Assembly (NCBI GenBank): GCA_002269645.1
Contig: NIVC01001407.1
Coordinates: 186,001-250,000 of the forward strand
From: Macrostomum lignano
Lineage: Eukaryota
Direction: 5' to 3'
DNA length: 64,000 nucleotides
The notes under the pieces were generated by a model. The model worked only from the letters and a program-made list of their open reading frames with translations, did no database searches and was not told where the DNA came from. Each line of letters starts with the position of its first letter. The first letter of the stretch is position 1. A program made the position numbers and the translations under genes. This document shows, piece after piece, positions 22,001-34,533 of this stretch.

Positions 22001-24905
22001 TAGACACAATTTAGGACACTTTAGACACATTTTAGGACACTTTAGACACAGTTTAGGACACTTTAGACATAGTTTAGGACACTTTAGACATAGTTTTGGA
22101 CACTTCAGACATAGACTAAACATGTCTTAAGTTTAAACACTTCAGACAGTTTAGGACACTTCAGACACATTTTAGGACACTTTAGACACAGTTTAGGACA
22201 CTTTAGACACAGTTTAGGACACTTTAGACACATTTTAGGACACTTTAGAAACAGTTTAGGACACTTTAGACATAGTTTAAAACACTTTAGACATAGTTTA
22301 GGACACTTCAGACATAGTTTAGGACACTTCAGACACATTTTAGGACACCTTAGACACAGTTTAGGACACTTTAGACATAGTTTTGGACACTTTAGACACA
22401 GTTTAGGACACTTTAGACACAGTTTAGGACACTTTAGACATAGTTTTGGACACTTTAGAAACAGTTTAGGACACTTTAGACACAGTTTAGGACACTTTAG
22501 ACATAGTTTAGGACACTTTAGACATAGTTTAGGACACTTTAGACATAGTTTTGGACACTTTAGACACAGTTTAGGACACTTTAGACACAGTTTAGGACAC
22601 TTTAGACACAGTTAGCTTAATCGCTTAATCAGGGAGGAGGGTAGCTTAATCGGGGAGGAGGGTAGCTTAATCGGGGAGGAGGGTAGCTTAATCGGGGAGG
22701 AGGGTAGCTTAATCGGGGAAGAGGGTAGCTTAATCGGGGAGGAGGGTAGCTTAATCGGGGAGGAGGGTAGCTTAATCGGGGAGGAGGGTAGCTTAATCGG
22801 GGAGGAGGGTAGCTTAATCGGGGAGGAGGGTAGCTTAATCGGGGAGGAGGGTAGCTTAATCGGGGAAGAGGGTAGCTTAATCGGGGAGGAGGGTAGCTTA
22901 ATCGGGGAGGAGGGTAGCTTAATCGGGGAGGAGGGTAGCTTAATCGGGGAGGAGGGTAGCTTAATCGGGGAGGAGGGTAGCTTAATCGGGGAGGAGGGTA
23001 GCTTAATCGGGGAGGAGGGTAGCTTAATCGGGGAGGAGGGTAGCTTAATCGGGGAGGAGGGTAGCTTAATCGGGGAGGAGGGTAGCTTAATCTGGGAGGA
23101 GGGTAGCTTCATCTGGGAGGGTGGCAACTTCATCTGGGAGGAGGGTAGCTTCATCTGGGAGGGTGGCAACTTCATCTGGGAGGGCGGTAGCCGAATCTGG
23201 GAGGGTGGAGAGAAGTTTCAACATAGCAAGCATTATTATACACAAGTTCGCCTTATAAGTACGCGTGCACTAAATGAGTACACCGCACCTGGCAAACCTG
23301 GCAGGTCTCGAATTCCCCGAACCCTAACCGACTGCCAGCTCCGCTCCGGCCACGGCGCAATGTCTGTGTTCATCGGACTGCGCCTGCCTCCGGGAAGGTG
23401 CGCCTCCACTGATCCGGCATTTGACGACATCCGCGGTCGCAATCTGTGGCTGCTTTCTCCGTCTGACAGCTCAGCGGCTGAGACTGTGGATCTGCAGTCC
23501 ATTGTTAATGCCTATCTTAGCCTTGATCCTCAGGAGGCCGCAGCGGCTGATCCGCCTCTGCTATTCGCTTCGTTTCCCTCGCTGAAGGATCCCAGCTGGC
23601 CGAGGAGGCGCGGAGATGACCGGCTGACCTGTGCGATTGTCACGTTCGCGAACTGGGACTGGTTCAGCCAGTGGCAGGAGGGCCGCAGCGGTCACAGGGG
23701 CAGAGATTATAACGAGTTGAAGAACGCTATCGGCAGGCGGATGTGGGAGCTGGTCAAGTGCCAGGTACCGGCTGTGGCCGATCTTGAAGTCGAACTGTTT
23801 CAGGTGAGGCTTTGGGAAGGGGGCATTGTTAATTCTCCCTGTTGCTGGGCCACCATCACTACAGATCTTGACATTTCCAGATCCTTTCAATTAATCTACC
23901 GCATCACCGGAAAAAAGAGCCTCCACCCTCCCAGATCCCCAGATGAAGCTTCAATCCTCCCAGATTCCCAGATAAAGCTTTCACCCTCCCAGATTCCCAG
24001 ATGAAGCTTTCACCCCTCCCAGATCCCCAGATGAAGCTTTCACCCCTCCCAGATCCCCAGATTAAGCTACCAGCCTCCCAGATTTCCAGATTAAGCTACC
24101 AGCCTCCCAGACCCCCAGACTAAGCTACCAGCCTCCCAGATTTCCAGATTAAGCTACCAGCCTCCCAGACCCCCAGATTAAGCTACCAGATCCCCAGATT
24201 AAGCTACCAGATCCCCAGATTAAACTACCAGACCCCCAGATTAAGCTACCAGATCCCCAGATTAAGCTACCAGATCCCCAGATTAAGGTACCAGACCCCC
24301 AGATTAAGGTACCAGACCCCCAGATTAAGCTACCAGATCCCCAGATTAAGGTACCAGACCCCCAGATTAAGGTACCAGACCCCCAGATTAAGCTACCAGA
24401 TCCCCAGATTAAGCTACCAGCCTCCCAGATTAAACTACCAGATCCCCAGGAGTAAGCTACCAGATCCCAGATTAAGCTACCAGCCTCCCAGATTAAACTA
24501 CCAGATCCTCCCAGATTAATTAAGCTGGCCAGGATTTGTGACCAGGAACACATAGAAGTGCATAACACCTGAGCCCCTCCTATCTCACCTCCCCCCTCTC
24601 AGGTGGGCACGCCGCTCACCAATCAGCACTACATCAACTCGCCACGCGGCGAAATCTACGGCTTGGACCACAGTCTCAGCCGCTTAGCTCCGGATTCGTG
24701 CGCTCAACTGCGGCCGGAGATGGGCCCGCCGGGACTCCTGCTCACCGGCCAAGACGTGGCCATCTGCGGCTTCGTTGGCGGTATGATGGGCGGCCTGTTG
24801 TGCGCTTCTGCCGCTCTGAATCGCAATCTGATTGCCGATCTGGCCAAACTCATTCAAGCCGACGCTAAGGGCATCCTGCGCCGGGAACGACCGAAGGCCG
24901 AATGA
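19057..24905 (+). CDS. RETSAT: All-trans-retinol 13,14-reductase (retinol saturase), ~655 aa
   Basis: Exons 19057-19242, 19725-20296, 20960-21367, 23305-23803, 24603-24905 (phases 0,2,2,0). N-terminal hydrophobic anchor; LDAIVIGSGIGGL FAD motif; VLEQH..GGCCHTF..KGYEFDVGIHYIG; GTPLTNQHY..SPRGEIYGLDH. Confidence 0.93.
19304..19635 (+). repeat. 65-bp tandem repeat x5 in RETSAT intron 1
   Basis: GCTGACTGATAGCAGAG recurs at 19304, 19369, 19434, 19499, 19564. Confidence 0.95.
20465..20885 (+). repeat. 109-bp tandem repeat (~3.7 units) in RETSAT intron 2
   Basis: GAGCCATTCTATCC recurs at 20467, 20576, 20685, 20794. Confidence 0.9.
21425..22610 (+). repeat. 21-bp minisatellite in RETSAT intron 3
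   Basis: Unit TTAGGACACTTTAGACACAGT; the interruption CATAGACTAAACATGTCTTAAGTTTAAAC occurs twice (~21741 and ~22110), showing a larger internal duplication. Confidence 0.95.
22612..23208 (+). repeat. 21-bp G-rich minisatellite in RETSAT intron 3
   Basis: Unit GGGTAGCTTAATCGGGGAGGA; directly abuts the preceding array. Confidence 0.95.
23921..24525 (+). repeat. C-rich minisatellite in RETSAT intron 4; inverted relative of 22612-23208
   Basis: Units CCTCCCAGATGAAGCT.. then CCCCAGATTAAGCTACCAG, reverse-complementary to the intron 3 core. Confidence 0.9.
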
Positions 24906-24989
24906 TCATTGATTTATGGCTAGCTTATGGTCACTGTAGTACGCGAAGTACTTGATTGATTTACATTTATAGCGAGTGTCGCTAACTAA

Positions 24990-25365
24990 TAGGCTGTAGG
25001 TTAAGCCAGAGATGACTGTGGTTAGTACGTAGATCTTTTGAATAGGCTAAAAGTTAAGCAGAGTCGACTGTGGTTAGTGCGAACGCTATTGAGTAGGCTA
25101 AAAGTTAAGCAGAGTCGACTGTGGTTAGTGCGAACGCTATTGAGTAGGCTAAAAGTTAAGCAGAGTCGACTGTGGTTAGTGCGAACGCTATTGAGTAGGC
25201 TAAAAGTTAAGCAGAGTCGACTGTGGTTAGTACATAACGCTATTGACTAGGCTAAGAGTTAAGCAGAGTTGACTGTGGTTAGTACGTAACGCTATTGAGT
25301 AGGCTAAGAGTTAAGCAGAGTTTACTGTGGTTAGTACGTAGCGCTTTTGAATAGGCTGAAAGTTA
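24990..25365 (+). repeat. 51-bp tandem repeat (~7 units) downstream of RETSAT
   Basis: AAGTTAAGCAGAGTCGAC recurs at 25051, 25102, 25153 and onward. Confidence 0.9.
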
Positions 25366-25749
25366 ACAACTATATTTTCTCTAGTTTAACAAACTTTTTT
25401 TCACTTTCTCGCCCAATTTTTGTTACTAGCTTTTCTTCCTCTAATTTGAACTATAATAGTACAAACGTTCTTTTGTATTTAGTCTATTGATGATGACAAG
25501 TCATTTTTTCGCGTAAAAGTACTTACGCGTAATTTTTTTAATTAGTCAATTTCTCATATTTATACCATAGCGCTGCACGTGTTACCCCTAACCTTTGGAA
25601 CAAATTTTTCCACTTGTTAACGATTATTATTAAATATGTCTTGTGTCTGCCTTAATTTAACTGTTCGGTTTTATTAGGATAAGTTTGTAAGGCTTGTTAC
25701 GAGACAGAAGAAGTTGTTACAATTATTCTGGGAAAATTTTATAAACCTG

Positions 25750-25885
25750 AATCTTCAGTTCACCCAGCTGTAAAATGGGTGCCAGCATTGGCTGAGGTAA
25801 TTGAGGGCGTGTGTGGCGACCCCCCATAGCTGCGGCTGAGCTGTCGGTTGCACATCGGGTCCAGTTGGGGCAGGTGTAATCAATT
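25750..25885 (+). mobile_element. Possible SINE-like interspersed-repeat fragment
   Basis: GC-rich island containing GTTCACCCAGCTGTAAAATGGGTGCC, resembling central domains of invertebrate SINEs; unverified. Confidence 0.3.
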
Positions 25886-26304
25886 ATCAGTTATTATTGT
25901 CAGCTAGATTATTATTGCTACCTAATCACACTAAGTAGTATAAAAGTATTTTATATGTAGAAAAATATTTTGTATAAACAACCTTAAGGGTAAAAACTTC
26001 TGTTTCATACACAATATCTTGGCATCAGCAAATCATATACATCAATCGTTAATCATTGCAATTTTCTAATCTTCAACCTTGTTTCTCTTTCCCTGCTGCA
26101 TAGGGAAAGAAATTATATTCTACCTATTTTTATAGCCATCGGCCTTCTGTCTTGCTTTTTTCTCTTCCTTTCTCCTTATTGGCCAGTTCGGCAAAGAGAT
26201 GGAGAACCAGATTCTGGATTAGCAACTCCTTCCCGAACCTCTGCGGGCCTGACTGCTGTTCTGTTTAGCTAACACATGTCCGATTTTCCGTAGGTAAAAG
26301 CTAA

Positions 26305-26860
26305 ATCTGCAGTTTAAGCTGCAGTTTAAGCTACAGTTTAAGCTACAGTTTAAGCTACATTTTAAGCTTTAGTTTAAGCTTTAGTTTAAGCTACAGTTTA
26401 AGATCAGTTTAAGCCACAGTTTAAGCTGCAGTTTAAGCTGCAGTATAAGCTACAGTTTAAGCTGCAGTTTAAGCTACAGTATAAGCTGCAGTTTTAGCTA
26501 CAGTTTAAGCTACAGTTTAAGCTGCAGTTTTAGCTACAGTATAAGCTGCAGTATAAGCTACAGTTTAAGCTGCAGTTTAAGCTACAGTATAAGCTGCAGT
26601 TTTAGCTACAGTTTAAGCTACAGTTTAAGCTGCAGTTTTAGCCACAGTTTAAGCTGCAGTTTAAGCTACAGTTTAAGCTTCAGTTTAAGCTTCAGTTTAA
26701 GCTACAGTATAAGCTGCAGTTTTAGCTACAGTTTAAGCTACAGTTTAAGCTGCAGTTTTAGCTACAGTTTAAGCTACAGTTTAAGCTGCAGTTTTAGCTA
26801 CAGTTTAACCTACAGTTTAAGCTGCAGTTTAAGCTACAGTTTAAGCTATAGTTTACGCTA
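26305..26860 (+). repeat. 12-bp tandem repeat (CAGTTTAAGCTA/G)
   Basis: About 45 units directly visible. Confidence 0.95.
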
Positions 26861-27102
26861 CGCCAGTCTAGAATTATGTGGGATTGGAAAGCAGTGGCTT
26901 AGACAGGAGCAGTCACTCCGCGGGCTTCTGTTTCTAGGCCTCTTTGGTTGGTGGGAAACACGAGCCAGTAGAACGCATCCATCTTGCCGCTTTATATTGC
27001 ACCTTTCCCCGCTTCTACTATTCCTGGCAAGCCGAAAGCAACAGACGGGAGCTTTTGCAGTTCTGTCGTCTTCTTCCCCCGCCTCTCTTCTCTGGCTGAA
27101 AG

Positions 27103-30100
27103 ATGGGTAGCGAACTTTCCATTCCGGAACTGTGCGCTCATTTTGATAGCGAAGAACTTCGACGGTTGGGTAAACGGTTTAAGAAGATCGACTTGGATGG
27201 CAGCGGCTCGCTGAGCATTGAAGAGTTCCTGCGGCTGCCTGAGTTGCAGCAGAACCCGCTGGTGCAGCGAGTGATTGACATCTTCGATACTGATCAGAAT
27301 GGAGAGGTCGATTTTAAAGAGTTTATTCAGGGTGAGTTTGTCTTGCTGCTGTTTCATCTCTGGTTCTGCGTCTGCGATCTCATCTCAGTGTGAGATTGGG
27401 TATGTGATCTCATCTCAGGGTGAGATTGGGTATGTGATCTCGTCTCAGTGTGAGATTGGGTCCGTGATCTCATCTCAGGATGAGATTGGGTCTGTGAATT
27501 CATGTCAGGGTGAGATTGGGAATGTGATCTCATCTCAGGATGAGATTGGGTCTGTGAATTCATGTCAGGGTGAGATTGGGAATGTGATCTCATCTCAGGA
27601 TGAGATTGGGTCTGTGAATTCATGTCAGGGTGAGATTGGGTATGTGATCTCATCTCAGGATGAGATTGGGTCTGTGAATTCATCTCAGGTTGAGATCGGT
27701 ATGTGATCTCATCTCAGGATGAGATTGGGTCTGTGAATTCATGTCAGGGTGAGATTGGGTATGTGATCTCATCTCAGGGTGAGATTGGGTATGTGATCTC
27801 ATCTCAGGGTGAGATTGGGTATGTGTATGTGATCTCATCTCAGTGTGAGATTGGGTATGTGTATGTGATCTCATCTCAGTGTGAGATTGAGCATGTAATC
27901 TCATCTCAGTGTGAGATTAAGTATGTTTCCCCCTTATTCCTTTGCTTTATCTTTTTCTTACTAAAGTTTTACTTACGTAAAGGCAATTTGAACTGGAATT
28001 GTTGTTTAATTGCTGCGCTGGACTTTCGTATGCATATGCGAGTACACTAGTATGTGGCGCTTTTATGACTACTCGCGCTCCAATGACTCCTAATACCTAA
28101 TTATTTTGTGTTGTAGTTTTTTAGTTGTAGTTTTTTTCAAACATAAAATGTCTTGTTCACGATTGTATATAGTGAATATTACGTACTTATTATTATAAAG
28201 TGTTATAACAGCTTCACCGTCTTTCTGTCTACACGCTTGGCTTCATTTCGTGATCCCCTATACCCTGTTGCTCACTTTCTCCTGTCTGTCGTCTTGTCCC
28301 CCTGTCGTTTCTTCCCATATCCATTAGCCCGCGGTTCCAGCTTTCTAACATCTGTTTAGGCTGAGCTTGTACTTTTGCTAGCTTGCTAGACTTCGTTCGA
28401 ATGCTTTCAGTTGCAAAAAAATAATAGTAATAATAATCAAGTCATTGTTTAGATCTAAAGGAAGCTGCTGTGTCTGGTTCTGTTTTTTTCCTATGCCATC
28501 GCTTCTTTTTTTACTAAAAAACTGAGTTTTGAACTTTTAAATCTTAGAATACACCAAACTTGTTTTTTAAAGATAAGCATTTGCCCAAACTTAAAGCTAT
28601 AGAATTTACACCGAACCCTGTCTAAAATCTTTCACCCCTTCCTCAATGTACACCAACCCCAAACCCTCAAATCTTCCACCCCTTCCCCAATGTACACCAA
28701 CCCCAGCCCCAAATCTTCCACCCCTTCCCCAATGTACACCAACCCCAGCATCAAATCTTCCACCCCTTCCACAATTTACACCAACCCCAGCCCCAAATCT
28801 TCCACCCTTTCCCCAATGTACACCAACCCCAGCCCCAAATCTTCCACCCCTTCCCCAATGTACACCAACCCCAGCATCAAATCTTCCACCCCTTCCACAA
28901 TTTACACCAACCCCAGCCCCAAATCTTCCACCCTTTCCCCAATGTACACCAACCCCAGCCCCAAATCTTCCACCCCTTCCCCAATGTACACCAACCCCAG
29001 CATCAAATCTTCCACCCCTTCCACAATTTACACCAACCCCAGCCCCAAATCTTCCACCCTTTCCCCAATGTACACCAACCCCAGCCCCAAATCTTCCACC
29101 CCTTCCCCAATGTACACCAACCCCAGCATCAAATCTTCCACCCCTTCCACAATTTACACCAACCCCAGCCCCAAATCTTCCACCCTTCCCCAATGTACAC
29201 CAACCCCAGCCCCAAATCTTCCACCCCTTCCCCAATGTACACCAACCCCAGCATCAAATCTTTCACCCCTTCCCCAATGTAGCCAGCACTGAATCAAGTA
29301 TTATCCTAACAATAATCAGCTTCCAAAACCTAATTTAGCCAGTTTAACGAAGCTTAAATCCGCTTAAACAGAAATAGGATTGAAGCCATGCAGGAAATCT
29401 TGGCCAAATAGGCGGGCGCAGAAAAAGAAAGCAAAAAAGCGAAGGCTTAGGAAGCAGGAACTTCGGTTTGCGAACACGCACTGATTATGGCTTGTTTGCG
29501 GGGATTTTTTCACTTATTTATCCTCTCCATTCGCCCCCTCTCTCTCCCGCATCTCTTCTCCTCTCTCCTCCCTTCCTTATCCTTTCCTGGTGCGGATCGA
29601 AGGGCTTTAATGTTAAAAAAGTAAAGCGATCGACTTTGTGCTTGAACTATTGAAGGAAGAAACAGGAGAGAGAGGGGGAGATGAGGGCACGAAGGAAGGT
29701 CTAGCAGAACCTATACAAGGAAGTTGCTAGGTCGGCGCAATGAATATATAAGAAAAAGAGAAAAGGTTTCAAGACTGGCATCCAAAAAGTCATCATCAAG
29801 CCGTTGGAAGCTTTTCGTCTTTCTCTAGCCTAACTTCTGGTCTCTCTACCAATTTGTATATATAGACAGTTTGTGTATGCGATATTGTCTATGCTGATAT
29901 GCCGGAGCGTCCTAAGCTAGTGGCACTGTTTACTATGATTGACAGTTACTGGGGCTTTGGTTAAACATCTTCCCTTTGGAATTCCAGGGTTTGTATTGAA
30001 TAAACTGCATTTTTTCTCCTACGATATTCAAGAGACTGATAAGATTCTCACCCGATTCTCCTATAAGACTGATGAGATTCTCACCCGATTCTCCTATAAG

Positions 30101-32289
30101 ACAGATGAGATTCTCACCCGATTCTCCTATGAGGCTGATGAGATTCTCACCCGATTCTCCTATGAGACTGATGAGATTCTCACCTCATTCTCCTATGAGA
30201 CTGTGAGATTCTCACCCCATTCTCCTATGAGACCGGTGAGATTCTCAGCCCATTCTCCTATGAGACTGAAAAGATTCTCACCCAGTCTCCTGTGAGACTG
30301 ATGAGATTCTCACCCCAGTCTCTAATGAAACTGGTGAGATTCTCGCCCGATTCTCCTATGAGACTGGTGAGATTCTCACCCCATTCTCCTATGAGACTGA
30401 AAAGATTCTCGCCCCATTCTTCTATGAGACTGATGAGATTCTCACCCCAGTCTCCTATGAGACTGGTGAGATTCTCACCCCATTCCATCAGACTGATAAG
30501 ATACTCCCCTGATTCTCCTATGAGAGTGATGAGATTCTCACCCGATTCTCCCATTTTCACCCCATTTTATGAGACTGATGAGATTCTAACTCAATTCTCC
30601 CATGAGGCTGGTGAGATTCTCACCAAATTCTCCTACGAGGCTGGTGAAATTCTTACCCGATTTATCTAGATGAGACCTAAGAGAAATTCTCTCCCGGTTG
30701 ATATAATGGGATTTATGCAGTTATTGAGAAGCACAAAGTGATTTAAAATACTCTCACTTCCCTTCAATTTAGGCATGTCGCAATTCTCTGTCAGAGGCGA
30801 CAAAGAGGCTAAACTGCGTTTTGCGTTTCGAATCTACGATATGGACAAGGATGGCTTCATTAGCAATGGGGAGCTCTTTCAGGTGAGGCTTGCTTAGGGC
30901 ACTTTGTATGCTCTGTGAAATATTGAGTATCTCAGGGACTGCTCAGGGGCATCGCAACCTTGTCTGAAATGCTACTCAAGAGGCATCTCAAATGTGTCTG
31001 AAATGCTACTCAGTGACATCTCAAATTTGTCTGAAATGCTACTCAAGTGACATATCAAATGTGTCTGAAATGCTACTCAGTGACATCTCAAATTTGTCTG
31101 AAATGCTACTCAAATGACATCTCAAATTTGTCTGAAATGCTACTCAAGTGACATATCAAATGTGTCTGAAATGCTACTCAGTGACATCTCAAATTTGTCT
31201 GAAATGCTACTCAAATGACATCTCAAATTTGTCTGAAATGCTACTCAAATGACATCTCAAATTTGTCTGAAATGCTACTCAAATGACATCTCAAATGTGT
31301 CTGAAATGCTACTCAAATGACATCTCAAATGTGTCTGAAATGCTACTCAAATGACATCTCAAATGTGTCTGAAATGCTACTCAGGTGACATCTCAAATGT
31401 GTCTGAAATGCTACTCAAATGACATCTCAAATGTGTCTGAAATGCTACTCAAGAGACATATCAAATGTGTCTGAAATGCTACTCAAATGACATCTCAAAT
31501 GTGTCTGAAATGCTACTCAAATGACATCTCAAATGTGTCTGAAATGCTACTCAAATGACATCTCAAATGTGTCTGAAATGCTACTCAAATGACATCTCAA
31601 ATGTGTCTGAAATGCTACTCAAATGACATCTCAAATGTGTCTGAAATGCTACTCAAGAGGCATCTCAAATGTGTCTGAAATGCTACTCAGGTGACATCTC
31701 AAATGTGTCTGAAATGCTACTCAAATGACATCTCAAATGTGTCTGAAATGCTACTCAAATGACATCTCAAATGTGTCTGAAATGCTACTCAAGTGACATC
31801 TCAAATTTGTCTGAAATGCTACTCAAGTGACATCTCAAATTTGTCTTAAATGCTACTCAAGTGACATCTCAAATGTGTCTGAAATGCTACTCAAATGACA
31901 TCTCAAATGTGTCTGAAATGCTACTCAAATGACATCTCAAATGTGTCTGAAATGCTACTCAAGTGACATCTCAAATTTGTCTGAAATGCTACTCAAGTGA
32001 CATCTCAAATGTATCTGAAATGCTACTCAAGTGACATCTCAAATTTGTCTGAAATGCTACTCAAGTGACATCTCAAATGTGTCTCATTAATCGCGAAACT
32101 ACCTGAACAATTTCATAGGTGCTGAAGATGATGGTTGGCAGCAATCTGAAAGACGCTCAACTGCAGCAGATTGTTGATAAAACAATCATTTTTGCTGACA
32201 AAGACGGTGACGGAAAAATTTCTTATGCTGAATTCTGCGACATTGTCGGCTCCCTCGATGTGCACAAGAAAATGACCATCGATGTTTGA
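27103..32289 (+). CDS. PPP3R1: Calcineurin subunit B (EF-hand regulatory subunit), 169 aa
   Basis: Exons 27103-27331, 30773-30882, 32119-32289 (phases 1,0). MGSELS myristoylation motif; [73 protein letters not shown]. Confidence 0.97.
27355..27925 (+). repeat. 30-bp (60-bp higher-order) minisatellite at the start of CnB intron 1
   Basis: Unit GTGAGATTGGGTATGTGATCTCATCTCAGG. Confidence 0.92.
28630..29285 (+). repeat. 39-bp minisatellite with 117-bp higher-order period, CnB intron 1
   Basis: Unit CCAACCCCAGCCCCAAATCTTCCACCCCTTCCCCAATGTACA-type; three variants cycle. Confidence 0.93.
30035..30660 (+). repeat. 33-bp minisatellite at the end of CnB intron 1
   Basis: Unit GATGAGATTCTCACCCGATTCTCCTATGAGACT. 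Confidence 0.9.
30955..32085 (+). repeat. 34-bp minisatellite (~33 units) filling CnB intron 2
   Basis: Unit TCTCAAATGTGTCTGAAATGCTACTCAAATGACA. Confidence 0.95.
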
Positions 32290-32699
32290 TTTTCTTAATT
32301 TTACTTCTCGCAAAAAAAGACGTTGAATTTCTTTAGTTGATGTTCGGTAGGCAGAATTAATGAGTATTTCGCAATGTTTATGTAATTATAATTTTTCGTC
32401 TTTTTTAATGTTTCTTTGATTTATTACAACAAAACTTAGAGCTTGTAGCCTGTTTAATATGTGCGTCTTTGTAGCTTTATCTATTCTTGCACAGTGTACT
32501 TTTACAGTTGATTTTGTAATCATAAAATTAGAATTTTAGTTTTAGCTTGCGGATTCTTTGTTGTACTCCTATTTTTTATATTGTAAACTTAAAATAAATT
32601 TATTAATAACTGTTATGAGTCTGTCTATGATTTAATTTCCTTAATAGTCTAGCTTTATTTGTTTCAGTCTTAGATGTAGATGTTAAAATTCAAGCAAAT

Positions 32700-33315
32700 G
32701 TCATTAATGCACACTCAGGCATTCCAAGGTCACAATGTACACACTGGCATTCCAAGGTCACAATGTACACACTGGCATTCCAAGGTCACAATGTACACAA
32801 GCATCCCAAGGTCACAATGTACACTCAGGCATTCCAAGTTCACAATGTACACAAGCATCCCAAGGTCACAATGTACACTCTGGCATTCCAAAGTTACAAT
32901 GTACACTCAGGTATTCCAAGGTCACAATGTACACTCAGGCATTCCAAGGTCACAATGTACACTCAGGCATTCCAAGTTCACAATGTACACAAGCATCCCA
33001 AGGTCACAATGTACACTCAGGCATTCCAAGTTCAAAATGTACACAAGCATCCCAAGGTCACAATGCACACATTGGCATTCCAAAATTATATTGTACACTC
33101 AGGTATTCCAAGGTCACAATGTACACTCAGGCATTCCAAGGTCACAATGTACACTCTGGTGTTCCAAGATCAAAATTTACACTCTGGCATTCCAAGGTAA
33201 CAATGTACACACTAGCATTCCAAGGTCACAATGTACACTATGGCATTCCAAGGTCACAATATACACTATGGCATTCCAAGGTCACGATGTACACTATGGC
33301 ATTCCAAGGTCACAA
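32700..33315 (+). repeat. ~28-bp minisatellite downstream of CnB
   Basis: Unit ATTCCAAGGTCACAATGTACACTCAGGC. Confidence 0.92.
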
Positions 33316-33844
33316 AAGCACAAAGCTGTTCTTAATCTGTCATATTCAAGCAAATGAGCATGATTGACACAGAGAGCATCGGCTAGGAGTAAGTTTCCTG
33401 GAAAAAAGATAGAACTACGCTGGTATCTTTAATGGTTTTCCAAAAAAGCTCGCCTGCTAACTCACATTGTGGCATTCGTGACAATTTGCCTGCTTTTTTA
33501 GCCTGCTCTTCTGAGATAGCTTCATTATCTTGTTTCTTTCTCAGCGGGCAGTTTCTTCTTTGATGTCGCTTTGATCCTAGAAGAGATGCTCATAAAACTT
33601 TGCCGGCCTGCCTGTTTATATTATAGTGTGTTCTCTGTTCTCTGCACGCGACGTTAAATTAGTAAATGACTTGCCTTCGTACATTTACTATGCTATCGTG
33701 AAAGGGCAGCTATTACATGTATAGCTTGTAGGCTTAGAAAAAACTTGCAGAACTCGGACTCATTTTTTGCCTTGTCTGCTCCATTCATCTGAGAGGCTAG
33801 GGGGGGCGTAGCAGTAGCCGTAGCCCTCCTGAAACGCCCCAACC

Positions 33845-34405
33845 TTGCACCCTGAAAATCCGCCCCCCCATCCGTGAGAATCCGCCCCTACCCTGAGAAT
33901 CCGCCCCCTACCCTGAGAATCCGCCCCCTACCCTGAGAATCCGCCCATTCCTTAGAATCCCCCCCATCCGTGAGAATCTACCGCCATCCCTGAGAATCCG
34001 CCCCATTCCTGATAATCCGCCCCATCCCTAAGAATCCGCCCTATCCCTAAGAATCCGCCCCATCCCTGAGAATCCGCCAAATTCCTGATAATCCGCCCCC
34101 ATCCGTGGGAATCCGCCCCCATCCCTGAGAATCCGCCACATTCCTGATAATCTGCCTCCATCCGTGAGAATCTACCACCATCCCTGAGAATCCGCCCCCA
34201 TCCCTGAGAATCCGCCCCCATCCGTGTGCATCCGCCCCCCATCCGTGAGAATCCGCCCCTACCCTGAGAATCCGCCCCCTACCCTGAGAATCCGCCCATT
34301 CCTTAGAATCCCCCCATCCGTAAGAATCCGCCCCCCATCCGTGAGAATCCCCCCATCCCTGAGAATCCGCCCCCATCCGTGAGAACCCGCCTCCTGAGAA
34401 TCCCT
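33845..34405 (+). repeat. ~20-bp C-rich minisatellite upstream of POLE4
   Basis: Core GAGAATCCGCCCCCATCCCT. Confidence 0.9.
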
Positions 34406-34533
34406 TGCAGATCTGGCGGATTCCGTGAATCCGGTGGTGCAAAACTGTACATGTATCAGAATTTTATTTTCTATTATCGACATTCGAAAAGTAAAGTATG
34501 CTGTTATTTTTCTCTTTCACATGACTGCAGTCC

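Noticed and set aside
28606-29338. Extensin-like or GRG-repeat ORFs
   Set aside because: 39-bp satellite within CnB intron 1.
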